Shown in pieces: positions 35,785-48,608 of a DNA stretch of 64,000 nucleotides (within the stretch, counting starts at the first letter, position 1; the number at the start of each line of letters is the position of its first letter). The stretch spans positions 1 to 64,000 of the forward strand of contig OZ237765.1 in the NCBI GenBank assembly GCA_965178125.1, read 5' to 3'. The position numbers and the translations under genes are program-made. This DNA comes from Bilabrum cf. latius. Lineage: Eukaryota. The notes below the pieces were generated by a model. That model worked only from the letters and a program-made list of their open reading frames with translations, had not been told where the DNA came from and ran no database searches.

Positions 35785-37311
35785 TCAGATGGCCTCGCCC
35801 GCCACGAACCGACTCATGAGAGCGAAGGCCTCCTCCGGGCAGTACCCCGGGACCATGTGTCCGCATGGCTTGCCCACGCCCTTGACCGCGGCGAACTGAA
35901 GGCGGGGCTGACCGTCACCCCCCTCCCCCCCCACCGCTGCCTGCTCCTGACCCCTGGCGGGGGGCACGTCGAATCCCCTGACATAGCCCGCCACCTGCCC
36001 GTCGATCCCCCAGGTGCGCCACGCGCGGCTGCCCCGCGGCTGGAACGGCCCCGAGGCATTCCCGCTGGCGGGCGGGTACCCCAGCCCGTTGATGTTGTAC
36101 TCTGTCCCGATGGTGTTCACGCAGCTGTCACTGGTCCCTGAGTACACGAGGGCGCTGACAGGGGTGCCCGAGTCCGCGAGCGCGCGGTGGTAGTAGGGGG
36201 CCATCGTGGGCAGGTACTGCCGGAAGGAGATGTGCGGGGAACACACGTCCCACTCGAAGCTCTCGGGGCGCACGTGCAGCGCGCTGCGGACATCCGCCCG
36301 CCGGAAGTAGTCCACCTGCGCTGTCACGTTGATGCACGGCACCACCGTCTGCGAGCCCAGCCCGTCTCCCTTGTCCTCCCATCGCAGCGGATGCCCCGCA
36401 CTCGTCAGCGCCGCCATGGTGAAGCAGCCGCCCTGAGGGGAGGGCGCCGCGTTGCACCGCGCCAGGACGTTGTACGGGTTGATACCCACCAGCTGTGCGC
36501 GCATTTGTTCCCTGAGCGCCTCGCAGGCGGGGGAGGATCCCCCCTGGGAGTGGTGCCCCGGACCCCCGTCCATGCTCCCGTTGCACGCCACCACCGCGCG
36601 GTCGTACGTGTCCCCGCTCACGAGCGCGTGCATGCGCATGAAGTCGAAGTAGCGGGACCCGTCGCTGCTATCGAAGGAGGGGTTGCCCACCATGAACTTG
36701 GTCAGGGGAATGCGGGGGGCGTCCTTCTTGCTGTTGCGCTCCTGCACCTTGGTCACCAGCAGAGGGACCGTGTGCCCGCTGTACGACTCGCCCGCCAGCA
36801 CCAGGTCCACGGAGAGCAGCTCGGGGAACTTGCCATAGAAGGACACCAGCGCATCCAAGTTGGTGGCGGCCGCTACGTCGTCGCCCGTCGTGTAGTTGCC
36901 ATCCTTGGCATAGCTGAAACCAACTCCGCACGGGCTCGAGAAGAAGAGCAGAGCGTGGTCCTCCGCCCAGTGCACGGGCCGGAGAGACACCTACGGGCCG
37001 TCAGGACCCTACTGCACTTGGATAGGGCCCATTTCAGTAGTCTCACTGAACGCCATATCGCAGCCTGGGCCGCCTGTGTAAAACTGGACCAGCGCCTTGG
37101 GTTGTTTGCCAGAGGCAGGAGCAAAAAGCCAGTAAAAGATCTGCTTGTTGCCCCCGTCAGCGTCCAAGTACCCGGCCCAGCTCTTCGGGAGGGACTTACC
37201 CTTCGGAAAGAGCGGCAGACTTGACACTAGGTCAGCATCAGGAGAAGCAGAGGCTATCTGAATTGCAGCGGCGACTGCGCATGCAACCGAGATTCTACTG
37301 CCAGCCAACAT
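35785..37311 (-). CDS. Serine carboxypeptidase, peptidase family S10 (two in-frame TAG)
   Basis: Signal peptide, AGYL, IFYWLF, GGPGC, EMGP, SPCGVGFSY, GESYSGH, VGNP, YSGTSDSCV, GHMVP. TAG at 37009 and 36991 separate the track ORFs in one frame. Ends TGA. Confidence 0.9.
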
Positions 37312-37505
37312 ACCTGTTCGGCGGTTCGTAGAAATGCGCGTGCAGATATGGAAGTCTGCGCGTGGATTTGTGGCAATTAGATGCCAATCTACTCGTTTCG
37401 TGGCCGCGCGAAATGCAGGGATCCGGAGGAGTGCGAACTGCAACTTGCGCGCCGCACACTGGAAACACCGAAGACTGCCGATTGCGTGTTGGCGCTGTGC
37501 CTCAG

Positions 37506-38009
37506 ATGAGCCAAGCCGATGGCTTGGGCAAGGATGGTGCATTACGATGGATGTATGAGGGGAACTCTGGCCACACTGCAGAAGACGTACTAACAGGTAA
37601 AGTACGATTGGATGCGACAGACGTGCGGAAATCAGTTGGTCTCCAGAAAGATAACGAAAAGGAGCTGTACTCTTCAAGTTCTTCCAGCTTCATTGGCTCT
37701 TCCATGCTAGGTGCTCGAGCCACAACGCTGGATATCCCACGGCGAGGACAGGGTGCCGGTTAGTCTGCGGAAACCGCCGCAGAAGGCAGCAACGATGCTA
37801 GAGCAGTGGAACAATTGAGAGAATAGATCCGATAGCGCGTGCGGGCGGCCAAGGAGCGAGCTATGGCCGGCGAAGCATCGGTTGGTGGCGAAGGGAGCTC
37901 TGCAAGGGACGCCGTTCGACCAGACATGTAGGACGAGGAGATTCGAGCTGTGCTGCAAGGAGTAGACAGAAAAAATCTAGATGAGTTAGTCTATCGATTA
38001 TTGAGGTAA
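37506..38009 (+). CDS. Small hypothetical protein with CWC25-like motif (four in-frame TAG)
   Basis: MSQADGLGKDGALRWMYEGNSGHTAEDVLTGK...VEQLRE[TAG]IR[TAG]RVRAAKE...LVYRLLR-TAA, 167 aa if TAG is sense. Confidence 0.5.
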
Positions 38010-38106
38010 CCCCTGGTCGGTCATGGCTGACGCCGTTTGCTGTGCCTGTACATGCTATCACATACCATCGTATTCGCCCAGCAATCTTGAATAGATAGAC
38101 GCTGTA

Positions 38107-40404
38107 TTAAACAACATTCCCCCGCGGTTCATACCCAGCTACCCCGCGCTTGGTCCTGGCCCTAGCCCCGCCGCTGCCACTTCCTCTGGCAGCAGCATTT
38201 CCCATCTCGTGGCCTAGCCGGAACAACCCATCCACACCATCTCGCCGCAAGATCCGCACCCAGCGCCGCTGCAGCTGCTCCAGCACAGGCCCGAACTGCA
38301 TGTAGGCGGGCTCCTCCTCGGGCCCAGGCAGCCTGCCCGCCGCTGGCCCCCAGCCTGCTCGCACACCCCCACCCCCTCCCTTCTTGCCCTCCTCCTCCTC
38401 GAGGAGGAGAGGTGGATCCAGGGTGCGGGGCCGCCACCAGCGCTGGATTAGGTCTGTGCCCAGTCGCAGGAATAGCTCTAGCACGGCCGCAATGCAGTGC
38501 ACCTCAGTATCCCTCCGGTCTAGTGGGGGCAGGGGCCCTCCCTCTCCTGCCGGCTCCCTGGCCCTTGAGACACGGCTCGAGCTCGGGCGTCCCATGGGCG
38601 GGACTGTGTCTGCCCTCACCCCGGGCTCCAGTGCGACCATTTCATCGCGTTGTTCCCTGAATACCCCCCTGCTGGCCCTCCTCCTCCTCCTTCCCCTTCT
38701 CCTGAGGCCCTGCCCCGCATCCCCCTCGGGGTCATCTTCTCGCTCGTGCCGCAAGGTAGATGCTTTGCTGCCGCTGGGCCCGAACAGGTCCTCCATATCG
38801 TCTTCATCTTCATCTTCATCTTTGTCTCCATGTTCACCCTGACTACTGCTTTTCGGTTCCGAATCGGGCGCCCTGTCCATGTCCCCACCCACAGCACACT
38901 GCACGCCCATCGCAGTACGCACCACCTCGAGGACCTGGGGGGATGCCCCCACCCACTACCCCTCGGCACCACCCCCCTCCAGTCCCCAGTCCACGAACAA
39001 GCCATCCAGCGCGGGCCTGTACAGCTCTGAGGACCCCTTACCGGCTGGCGCACTGTCCTGACGAGCGCCTCGAACACACCAGTGCAGGACCGACAGCAAC
39101 GCGGCCGACAACGGAAACCCGCGGGTGGGCAGCGTCTCACGTGACGAGTGCAGCCGTGCCCAGCCCCGCCTCTACTCCCAGAACACGGCCAGTCCAAGCA
39201 GCCCCAGCCTGCCCAGCGATCTGAAGTCAGGCGCGCAATCGAACCTCTGAAAGCCCAGCATCTCCCAGCCTGCAGAGGAGGGGCACCGCATGATCGCTGG
39301 CACTGGCACTGGCACTGGCAGTGGCGCAGATCCAGGGGCGCCGTTGTTCGCCTGTTCCTCAGCTGCACTCACCGTGCAAGGAGGGGGCGAGTCCTACCTG
39401 CAGCCCGCCCTCCAGAGCCTGAGCAATAGCGCACCTTCCCTGGCAGCGGAAGACGCGTCCATCCGACGAGCGGCTGCCGTGGCTGCAGGGTCACCAGTCT
39501 GTTCACCACTCTCCTGTGCCTATGACCACCCCTTCGCAAGTACCCCTGCCCCCTCGCCCTGCACCAGCCTGGCACGTGCATGCCCCTCCCCCTGCACCAG
39601 CCTGGCACGGGCATGCCCCTCGCCCTGCACCAGCCTGGCACGTGCTCGCACCAACACGTTGGCCACTGGCACGGCGGCCAGTTCTCGCATTGCTTTTGCG
39701 GCGATGGAAGCACGGATGATGGTACGGATACCTCTTCGGATGACCCCAGCGATGCGCCCCCGCGGTAGGGTGCCAGTGCCAGTGCCAGTGCCAGTGCCAG
39801 TGGTCATGAGTGCATCCTGGTGGGCAGGGAGAGGCAGAGGGAGGCCCAGGGAGAGGCACAGGAGGGCCTGGGCAGCAGATGTCCATCTGCCCGCGTTAAA
39901 ATCGGATCGAAACGCGTGTCGCAGTGACTCGGTAGCTCGATAGGCTCTGCTGCGCTGCACCTCACAGGTGCTCGAGAGGCTGGCCAATGCGCAGTGTCGC
40001 TAAGCAGGCGGCACCCGTCCCATTGCCTTCCACTGTCCCAATGACCGGTGACATGCGCACGCGCCTTCTAAACACTGCGCTAGTGAAGTGCACCCTTGCC
40101 CGATGTTGATGTCGCTTGAATCAGAGGCATTTGTACCACACAGCAGGGCTGCCCAGCATGCCATGCGCTCTTCGTCCCGAAAGTACTCCGAGTCTAGTTC
40201 ACGTACCGCCCCTTCAGGAAGCATACATATAATATCAGGCAATATCGCGTGCAGTGCTGATGTGATATCATCCATGCGTAGGGCAGCGTAGCTGTTTCCC
40301 AACAGTTCGAGCTGAATGGTACTTCGCTGCTGCCCGAGCCATCTTCGAAGTGTAAGCGGCGCAGCCCCGCATGCGGCTATGGCAAAGATAGGATACGCGT
40401 CCAT
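38107..40404 (-). CDS. Hypothetical protein (at least five in-frame TAG; internal 33-bp repeat x3)
   Basis: Track ORFs 40000-40404, 39520-39987, 39172-39372 and 38107-38952 are one frame joined at TAG (40000, 39520, 39394, 39172, 38956). Ends TAA. ARARLVQGEGH-type repeat x3. Confidence 0.65.
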
Positions 40405-40669
40405 GCTCCGTGTATGGGGCTTAGTCTAATGCTTGTGTTGCATTGCTGCAAGGCATTTTTTGTGCATTCGGAGCCGAGCCAGTCCCAGTGCGGCTCCTTT
40501 CACAGGGACTTTTGTCGGTATGTAAGATGAAATGCATGCTCGTAGCGTAGATACAATTGGTGGTTATAGTTGCTAAGATTTCGAAGTCCATACACGGGCT
40601 TTGGATCTGCTAGAATCTTTATGGCGAGTAATTAAACATGGTTCGGCGAGCAGTGCCTGGTCCCAACGA

Positions 40670-43012
40670 ATGCCACAAAGCAATTATTTTTGCAGGAGCA
40701 CGAGCCGGCGAGATGTTAAGAAGCTGCATGGTAGTGCAAGCAGCGGAGACTTGGAGGCAACCACCTTTCTCTTGAAGACGGGGATAGATCCGAACTGCAA
40801 GTTCCCGTTCGTGAGAACAATGATATCAGCTCAATCCAGAGACGTAAAATGGTCGCCTATCCTTGGCTTAATTCATTGACTTTCAGTCTAGTACGCAAAT
40901 GCTTCCTCGGAGATGCTTTCTAGTCCACGTGCCGCAGATGCCGAGATCACCTACAGCAATTCAACTGGCAGCCCGTGCTGGCCACATCGAGATCATAAAG
41001 GTGCTGGCCGCCGCTGGAGGCCATGTTGATGCTGAATACGAGGTGAGAATGCCCTAGATATGTGTCCGCCTCCCATTCCTCGGAGATGCCATACGGGAGC
41101 AGGTACCTGCAGCAAGCGCCGTTACTTCTGTCCTCTGCACACCCCTTGGTCACTTGTCACACCCCGCAGGATACTACTGCGCCATTGCACATGGCAGCAG
41201 TGGGCAATCAGGCCCCAGCCATCTAGACCCTCATCGAGCTAGGGGCGAGGCCGGAGGCCAAGGACGAGGTGAGGAGGGTGCTCGCTCAATCTAGTGGAGC
41301 AGGCGCGCGGAAGGGCGAGAGGGGAGATTTCGTATCGCCAACCCCCAAAGCCTGATGCTGCCTGTTCTGTCGTATGGCCATGATGGATCGCCTGGTGGGG
41401 CAGGCGTACCTTTGAAGCATAGCCTTCTGGCCACACCTCCCAGTCAGGATTGTGTGGGTGGTCCCGCCACTTATTACATTGCGCATCACTCGGAAAATGT
41501 CACATCTTCATGTCCAGTAAACCCGACCGCCCGCAGTTTGGCTGGACACCCCTCCACGTCGCCGCCATGAGGGGGGGTCTGGACGCATGCAAAGCGCTCC
41601 TGCAGCACTGCCCCGAGCCCAACTCGACGGGCAAGGTGAGAGCGCATTCGTCTCATAGCATACACTTTCCTTTCCGTCCCACCGTCCCACCGTCCCACCG
41701 TCCCACCGTCCCACCGTCCCACCGTCCCACCGTCCCACCGTCCCACCGTCCCACCCTCCCACCCTCCCACGACCCCTCCATTCGACCGACCCATGCAGGC
41801 AGACATAACTCCCACCATGTGGGCTGCAGCCAACGGGCACCTGGATATACTCCGGGCCATGATGGAAGCAGGGGGTGACATTACCTGCAAGAATATCGTG
41901 AGTACAAGTATTGCGTGCACTTTGCAAGCACTAAAAAGCCCTCTAGGCTAGATCTAGGGAGTAACCGGCAGTCACCTGTGATCAGGCGCCAGCGTCTACC
42001 CCGATTTGCAAGCCACTTCAGTCTAAATTCGTCGCACCTTGCAGTTTGGTAGGACACCTCTGCACATGGCGGCGCAGGACGGCAGTGCGAGCACTCTGGA
42101 TGCATTGCTTCATGCGGGGGCGGATTTGGAGGCGATTGATCACGTGAGGACCATAGCTGCCAACGCAGACGCTCCCAGTGCGTAGCGATCGCATCCATCG
42201 TATCTAGTGCATCCATCCAGCGGGCGCATGGCACTTCGTCCCCCTCGCAAAGTGCTTGTAGCCTTTCGTTTACAATCGTCTACTATATCGCACTCGTCAC
42301 GGTTCATCGCACTCGCCACAAGTTCGTAGGAGTCTAAGACCCCTCTAATGTCGGCATGTTCTGACAGTGCAGGAGGCACGGCCGCCCTACTGATCGCAGC
42401 AGGGGCTGTGAGTAGATCGCGTGCACCGCCATTCCACCCACCTGGCGGTTCACCACGGCCCCATATCTACACACAGGTTTGCCCTCCTTTTACCCATTGT
42501 TGCAGGATATGTCCCCCCTACGTGCGATGAGCACCCCCGTTGCTTGTGCATGCAAGGAGTGCGGGTTCGAACCTCGGTCCTGCATCGAGGCTTTACTAGC
42601 CATGAGTCCCGAGTGGCACAGGGACCAAGCGACCCCCCTGGTGCGCTGGCGGCTGCGGAGGGGGGGTATGGCGCGGTGGAGGCGGGCCTTCGAGGCGCAC
42701 AGGGATGCTCGGCTGGTCTTCCGGGCGGCACGTGATGGCCGGCCGCTGGAGCTGCAGAAGCGGCTGCGGCTGGGGGCCAAGGCAGGCGGGCTGGAGCTGA
42801 AGGGCGAGGTGGAGACAGAGGCAGGGGAGGTGAAAGTGGTGGGCCCACTGGAGGCAGCCCGGCTGGGGGAGCATGGCGAGTGTGTGAGGCTGCTACTGGA
42901 GCAAGGCGGCGCCACTGGCATGATGCAAACGCACAGCGCCGCCTCCAGCAGTCGTACCGGTGAACTAGGTGCGTCGGAGACCCAGGGCCCGTTGAATTCG
43001 GATCCTCAGTGA
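40670..43012 (+). CDS. Multi-exon ankyrin-repeat protein
   Basis: Exons 40938-41042, 41170-41268, 41537-41635, 41799-41897 and 42045-42143 each encode one ankyrin repeat (e.g. FGWTPLHVAAMRGG, FGRTPLHMAAQDG). TAG at 41224 in AI[TAG]TLIELGA. Last exon 42506-43012 ends TGA. Start uncertain. Confidence 0.8.
41674..41770. repeat. Intronic minisatellite (CCGTCCCA)n
   Basis: About 12 tandem copies of an 8-mer inside the intron between two ankyrin exons. Confidence 0.9.
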
Positions 43013-43801
43013 TCCTACTGGTGTGGCTTCTTCGAGGTCCACAGGGTTGATGGTGATTGCCCTGCCTTCCTCAAAACCCCTGTCGTGGGCATGCATCTGT
43101 CTTTTCGAGAGGACCATGTCGTTGGCGTAGAGCACCGCCGGCTCGCCCTCCCCACCAACTGGACCCGTTGGGCACCATTTGGAGCCGGCGCCTTTGCCAG
43201 CGCAATCCCGACCACTTGACTGTCAGGATCTCCGGTAGCGAGCCATGCGAGCCTTCGTTTTGTATGTTGCGTGCCAACAGTTCTGCACGTCTGGTAAAAG
43301 TCAAGCATACACGCCATGGGGTGCTGCTGCCATAGCACTTTTGTGCTTGGAGGGGGTGGACGGTCCGTCCGTAAATAACGTATTGAGATAATCACACGGT
43401 GGACGGTCGCTGGCACCCGCGATTTCCACCCCCTCATCCACCCCCTAGGCCCTAATCCACCCCCCCGTCCACCCCCCCCTCCTCCGATCCGTCCACCCCC
43501 CCTCGCGGGGGTCTGTGCAATGGATGCAGCATTTTCTTGATTATAAACGGCAGAATTCCAAACGTGGCTCTACACACGTACTTGAAACTCTGGTGAGCGC
43601 CAAATAGCATCCTTGCAAATTTATGGATACTTCAATTTAATTTTAATATTGCTGTAGTTCATAGTAGCACCGGAGATTGAGCTACCTTCAGAAGCGGCGC
43701 TACCGGGCCACCGCTGCTGCTACCATATTGTTTCAAAGGATACTCCAACATCTTATTTCCCGCAGAGGTCGCAACTAGGAGTTGACGGGACTTCGACTGC
43801 C

Positions 43802-46800
43802 ATGGACCGTGCGGGTATCACCCATGACCAACCGGACAGAGCCGCGCTACTCGCAGCAGCAGCTGCAGCTGAATCAGTCTCATTGGATTCACAAGGAGCC
43901 TTAGAAGCTACTGCGGGATAGCTGGCAGTGCCAGCTGCCAGCGGGGCAGGGGCCACTGGCGCCGTCCCGCCGCCGAAGCTCCCCCTAACGGCGGCAGAAG
44001 CGATTAAAAACTTCGGTCAGCTGACAGAGAAATTGAAAGAAGTTGGACACTCATTGGGAATGAGGCCGCCTGTAGTGAGTTTCTCGATCGCTTCGTCCTC
44101 CGACTACACCAAGTGCCTCTGCCTGCTCGAGCCGTGGCTTGGTGTTGGACTCAAGAACTACAAGCCGCAGTGGGGATCAACGGGTAACAGTCGGACTAAC
44201 GAACTACAAAAAACTACCAAAGACGTCCTGGAGCTCATGGGCCACGCTGCCGCGCGAGGCTGGACGGAGGAGCTCGAGGAGATGATGAAGCAGTTGCAGT
44301 TGCCCACACTGTTGGCAATCGATGAACTTGATGTAAGCCAGGCTTCACCAATCTCACCCTTGCAATTTTGACCCATCCCACAGGATACCAGAAGTATTCC
44401 ATACCCCCATACCCCCATACCTTCCTACTCCCCTACCCGCCTACCCCCGCGCCAACACCACTTCCTCCCGCAGGTCCTAAAGCAGGCCTTGAAGATGGGC
44501 ATCGAGGACCTGTCCTGGTTCCTGCGAAAGAACGAAGACAAGCACGAGGTCGCACCCACAGGTGCTGGTGGCTGGGGTGAGGGTGGCTTTGGCTCATCCT
44601 CGTCGAAGGCACGTATCCAGTTCGGCACCGCTGCTCTCCGGTGTGTATAGGCGGGCCGATTAGACCACGCCCAGGTCTTTATAGATGAAATCGTTGTGGG
44701 GACAACGTGCGATTTGGACATGATGGATGCCTGTATCGCCGCTGCTGCTATTGGAGATGTAGCGTTCCTGCGTGAGCACGTCCCGGATACGATACAGAAC
44801 GAGGGCAGTGTGTTCTCTACCAGTCAATTGCATTTCATGTTGCTCCACGCCGTCGAAAACGGACAGAAGGCTGTGTGGGACCAGTTGCTGTCCATGAGAG
44901 AGATTTTGCATGGGGTAATGCTCTATCTGGTCTGCCGGGAGATCGCTCCTGCCTCGATCGAGACTTTGCTCGGCTGGCTCGAGACTCGACGACAAGTGAG
45001 TCTGTGGAGACGGCATACTTTCCTATCGAGACCCGGCCTTGCCCAGTCATGCTACTCCGCACAAAGACCCAAGGATCCGATCAACCTGACGTAGATATGC
45101 TGTACTTCCGTTCACTTCCCCCTCTCCTGCTACACCACAGCTTGAAGCGCTTTGCCTTCTCGCTTCACGTACCGGGCCGGTGGCAGTACTAGCAGCCAAG
45201 TGGATGCTTGCTAACTCCAAGTTCGGCGACGACGTAAGAGCCGCTGGTAGGGCAGTATTCTCGACGTATTGACCATGTTTGCTGCGCAGGAACCCCATCT
45301 CCAGCTCATTGCACCGAACTCGACTCTTGGACACCCTCCGCATCAATTTGCAGAATACTTGGATGTACTGCCCCCTCCGTCATGCCGCCAGTACTGGCAG
45401 CGAGAGCCTGTTTGACCTGCTGGCAGACGCGGGTGCCCCCATGCAGCTGTCCAGGGCGGACGTGAAGGAGGCGTGGATGATTCAGCATGACGCCAGCAAG
45501 GAACCAGCACGCTAGAGTGCGTCGCAGGATGAGACAGAAGGTCTATTTACGTCGAAAACCCCCCTGTCCGCTCGACCGACCCTGGCCCAGCTTGCCGCCA
45601 GAGGTGGTAGCGTGCACATACTACAGCGAGTCAGAGCGTAGCTTGGTGAAGGCGCCTTTCACCCGCCCATTGAGCTGGTGGAGTAGCATGGGTCACTTTT
45701 GTGGATGGCAGTCCGTGAACTACGACTGGAAGCTTGTTCCTTCCTGACCAAAGAGCTGAGCGTGGATTCATACGCACCGCCTGGAGGGTCAGCCGGTAGC
45801 AATGGGGGGGTGATCAAGGCCGCGACCATCGCCTGCATTGAGCGGCTGGAGTTACGAAGGTGGGGGTCTACGTACCAAAGAGACCGTGATGAAGTCAAGA
45901 AGAGCTTCAAAGGCGTGCTGGACGCACTGCTATCAGCAGGCGCCACTATCGATGATATCGATGCTGTGAGGGCGCAGCTGCTGCTACCCACCCCCCATGT
46001 TGGTAAGACGGCTAATCTAGGTACACCTTGTTAACCCCGCCCCACTTCCCCTTTCTGCATCACAGAAAGGCCGAACCCCACTGATGCATGCTGTCGCCGG
46101 AGGGGCCATCCCAGCCGTACGAGAACTCCTAGCAGTCGGAGCTGATCCGCGGCTCACGGACGCCGATGGCCGCAACGTGATTTAGCATGCCACGCCGGAC
46201 CACCGCTTGTTTGAGCTGTTGCTGGATGCTGGGGCGCCCGTCACGATGCCCGATGGCAAGCCATACCCCATTGAGATGTTCTAGGTCGGAGATAAACAGA
46301 CGGTTACTAGGCGCTCGCTGTCGGCCCTCGCCGTGCTGGTGGCCCGAGAGGGGCCCGCCGCCCTGCTGCGTGCTGAGGACCGCTTTGGGGACTATTGCCA
46401 CCTGGAACGTGTGTTCATGGGAGGAACTGAAGTCCAATATGGCGGGTTTGGGCAAAATGAGCCCGCACTCGACTACGAGGAGATCATGGGTCTCCTGCTG
46501 GCCGCCATTCGGGCCATTCCCCAGGCGGCGTGGCAGGAGCGGTAGGTGAGAGCCGTTGCAACCAGCTAAACGTGCCTTCTGCATGGGTAGTTGTAAATAG
46601 TTCCATCTCGATGTGCCAATCACAGCTGGGTTTTTACCATAACCGTTGGCCATCCAACACCGCAGCAGTCGCACGACATACTCAGGCGCGTTCTAAGTCT
46701 ATGCACCGCCTGGTCGGCCCACGCGGTGGGCGTGCTCGCGGGCCGGCTGGACGTGGATCTGAATGGAATCGAGTAGCAGGCCTTTATAGTAAGTCCGCTT

Positions 46801-48608
46801 GATCTGGATGCGTTCGTTGCAGCCTGATCATAGCACCATGTGCAAGGAGGCTGGGCGATTTGAGCGTGCGACTTGCCAGGCACCAGCTTCCCACTGCACA
46901 CATTCGTGCCGTCTCACTCGTTGATGGATACCGCATCCATCCGGTGTCACGACCTGGACGCAGTATCTATTCAGATAGCGCTGCGCAACCGCGGCCAGCT
47001 GCACATGGATTGAATGCCGCTACTGATTTCAACACATCCCCGCAGCCCTGTGACACTGGCAAGCAGGCCGTCCTCCTGTCACTGGGGGTACCACCCACCG
47101 CTTTGTGCACGAAGGAAACGAACGGATTTTTCGGCATCTTGAAGCCCCTCAAGGTCTTAGGTACCCGGTACTGCATGCTAAGGTCAATTGCAGGCACCTT
47201 TTCTCGTGTCCCCAACTTCCGTCCGCTGGCTAGAGACGACCTGCTGCTGTTCAGGCATGCGGCCGATGCGACCAGGGGTGTGCCAATCGCGATTCGGGCT
47301 GCCCAGGAAGGACGGCCCCTCGAGCTAGCGAAGCGCTTGAAGGTGGTGCTCGCCACAGGTCTTCTAGTGCGGTGCACGCCAGTAGATTTGAAGGTGCTTG
47401 GGTCGGATAAGTTGCAAGCACTGGCCGACGCTGCTCCTGGCGAGGGAGTCGAGGTTATGGGATGCACGCCGCTAGTGGCCGCTGTTGCCCAGGGGCATAT
47501 TGAGTGTGTTCAGGTCATCCTGGAGGGAACACGGGAGGCGGCGGACACGCAAGCGGCGCGAGTACAGGCAGACTAGGGACCCAGGTGGGGTGACGGCAAA
47601 GGCAAGAAGGATGGGAGCTTGAAGGCGGAAGAGGTCAAGCAGCTGCTGTCCAAGGCCATCCTCTCTGGAGCGCTGAGGCAGCAACTCGCGGTCGAAGTCC
47701 GTGGGGGAAAGGGGCTGACTGATGGAATCGCGATTCGAGTGCAAATAGACCCAGCTGGCCTTGCTTCGGCCCTGGAGAGGCACGACTAGCCTAGCGATGC
47801 AGCTGCCCTGGTCGCTGGATGCATCGAGGGCCTTCTGCAGGAGGCTTCAGAGAGGCTGCATACTGCTGATGGCGCTGTCAAGGCACGTGCCAGGGCTGTA
47901 TTGGGGGTGGTTGCAACCGCCGATATGGAGGCGGTGAAAGCTGCCGGCGCTCGGGCGGATGCAGAGTTAGAGCGCATTGCCGCTGAAAGAGAAGGCTTGA
48001 AGAAGCAGCTGCGAGCCCTCGAGGATCGATAGGAATAGATTTAGTAGGCGAAACGGGTCGAAGCCGTGCTACCTCACCTCATGAAAGCGGCGACCACCCG
48101 GGCTGAGAAGGCCCTCGAGGAAGTGGTGGGCCCCGAGAGGGCATGGCTGCCGCTGGGTGTGGGCGATGAGTTTAGTCGCATTGAGGGCCTGCATGGGGAC
48201 GAACCCTTGAAGCAAGAGCTGCCTGTATTTGTCCCCAAGGAGGGGACGTCCGGTGCAGACGGGAACGGAGCTGGGGGCCGAGAGGCTTAGGGAACAGTAG
48301 ACGGTGAGATGGCTGAAGCAAAGGGGTAGTTGGCCGTGTCACTTCGAGACCGCCTTAGAGAGGCACTGGGTGGGGAGGGGTTGGGGGCGTGGTGGCACGA
48401 GGTCTAGCGCGCCGTGCAGGAGGCCCAGGGCGGGGGATAGGTATTTTGGGGGGGTGCAGGAAGAACTAATAGGGGAAATGCACGAAGGAGAGTATGGGGA
48501 AATGCTTTCCTTGGAGGCCAGGCCGGGGGTCAGACGGCGACTGGGGGCGCTTCCGCTGGCCAGCTTAACCCTTTTGAAGTTCCTGCACGGCTGCTAGACA
48601 TTCTTTGA
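43802..48608 (+). CDS. Large multi-exon ankyrin-repeat and coiled-coil protein (more than 12 in-frame TAG)
   Basis: Ankyrin motifs CPLRHAASTG, GRTPLMHAVAGG..GADP..DADGRN, GCTPLVAAVAQGHIECVQVIL. GT-AG introns near 44334, 44995, 45234, 45965 and 46546. Final exon 47046-48608 is open except for TAG and ends TGA. Some exon boundaries uncertain. Confidence 0.7.

Noticed and set aside
42555-42585. tRNA T-arm-like GGGTTCGAACC (possible suppressor tRNA)
   Set aside because: It lies inside a coding exon and no D-arm, anticodon arm or acceptor stem could be folded. No tRNA gene was recognised anywhere in the window.
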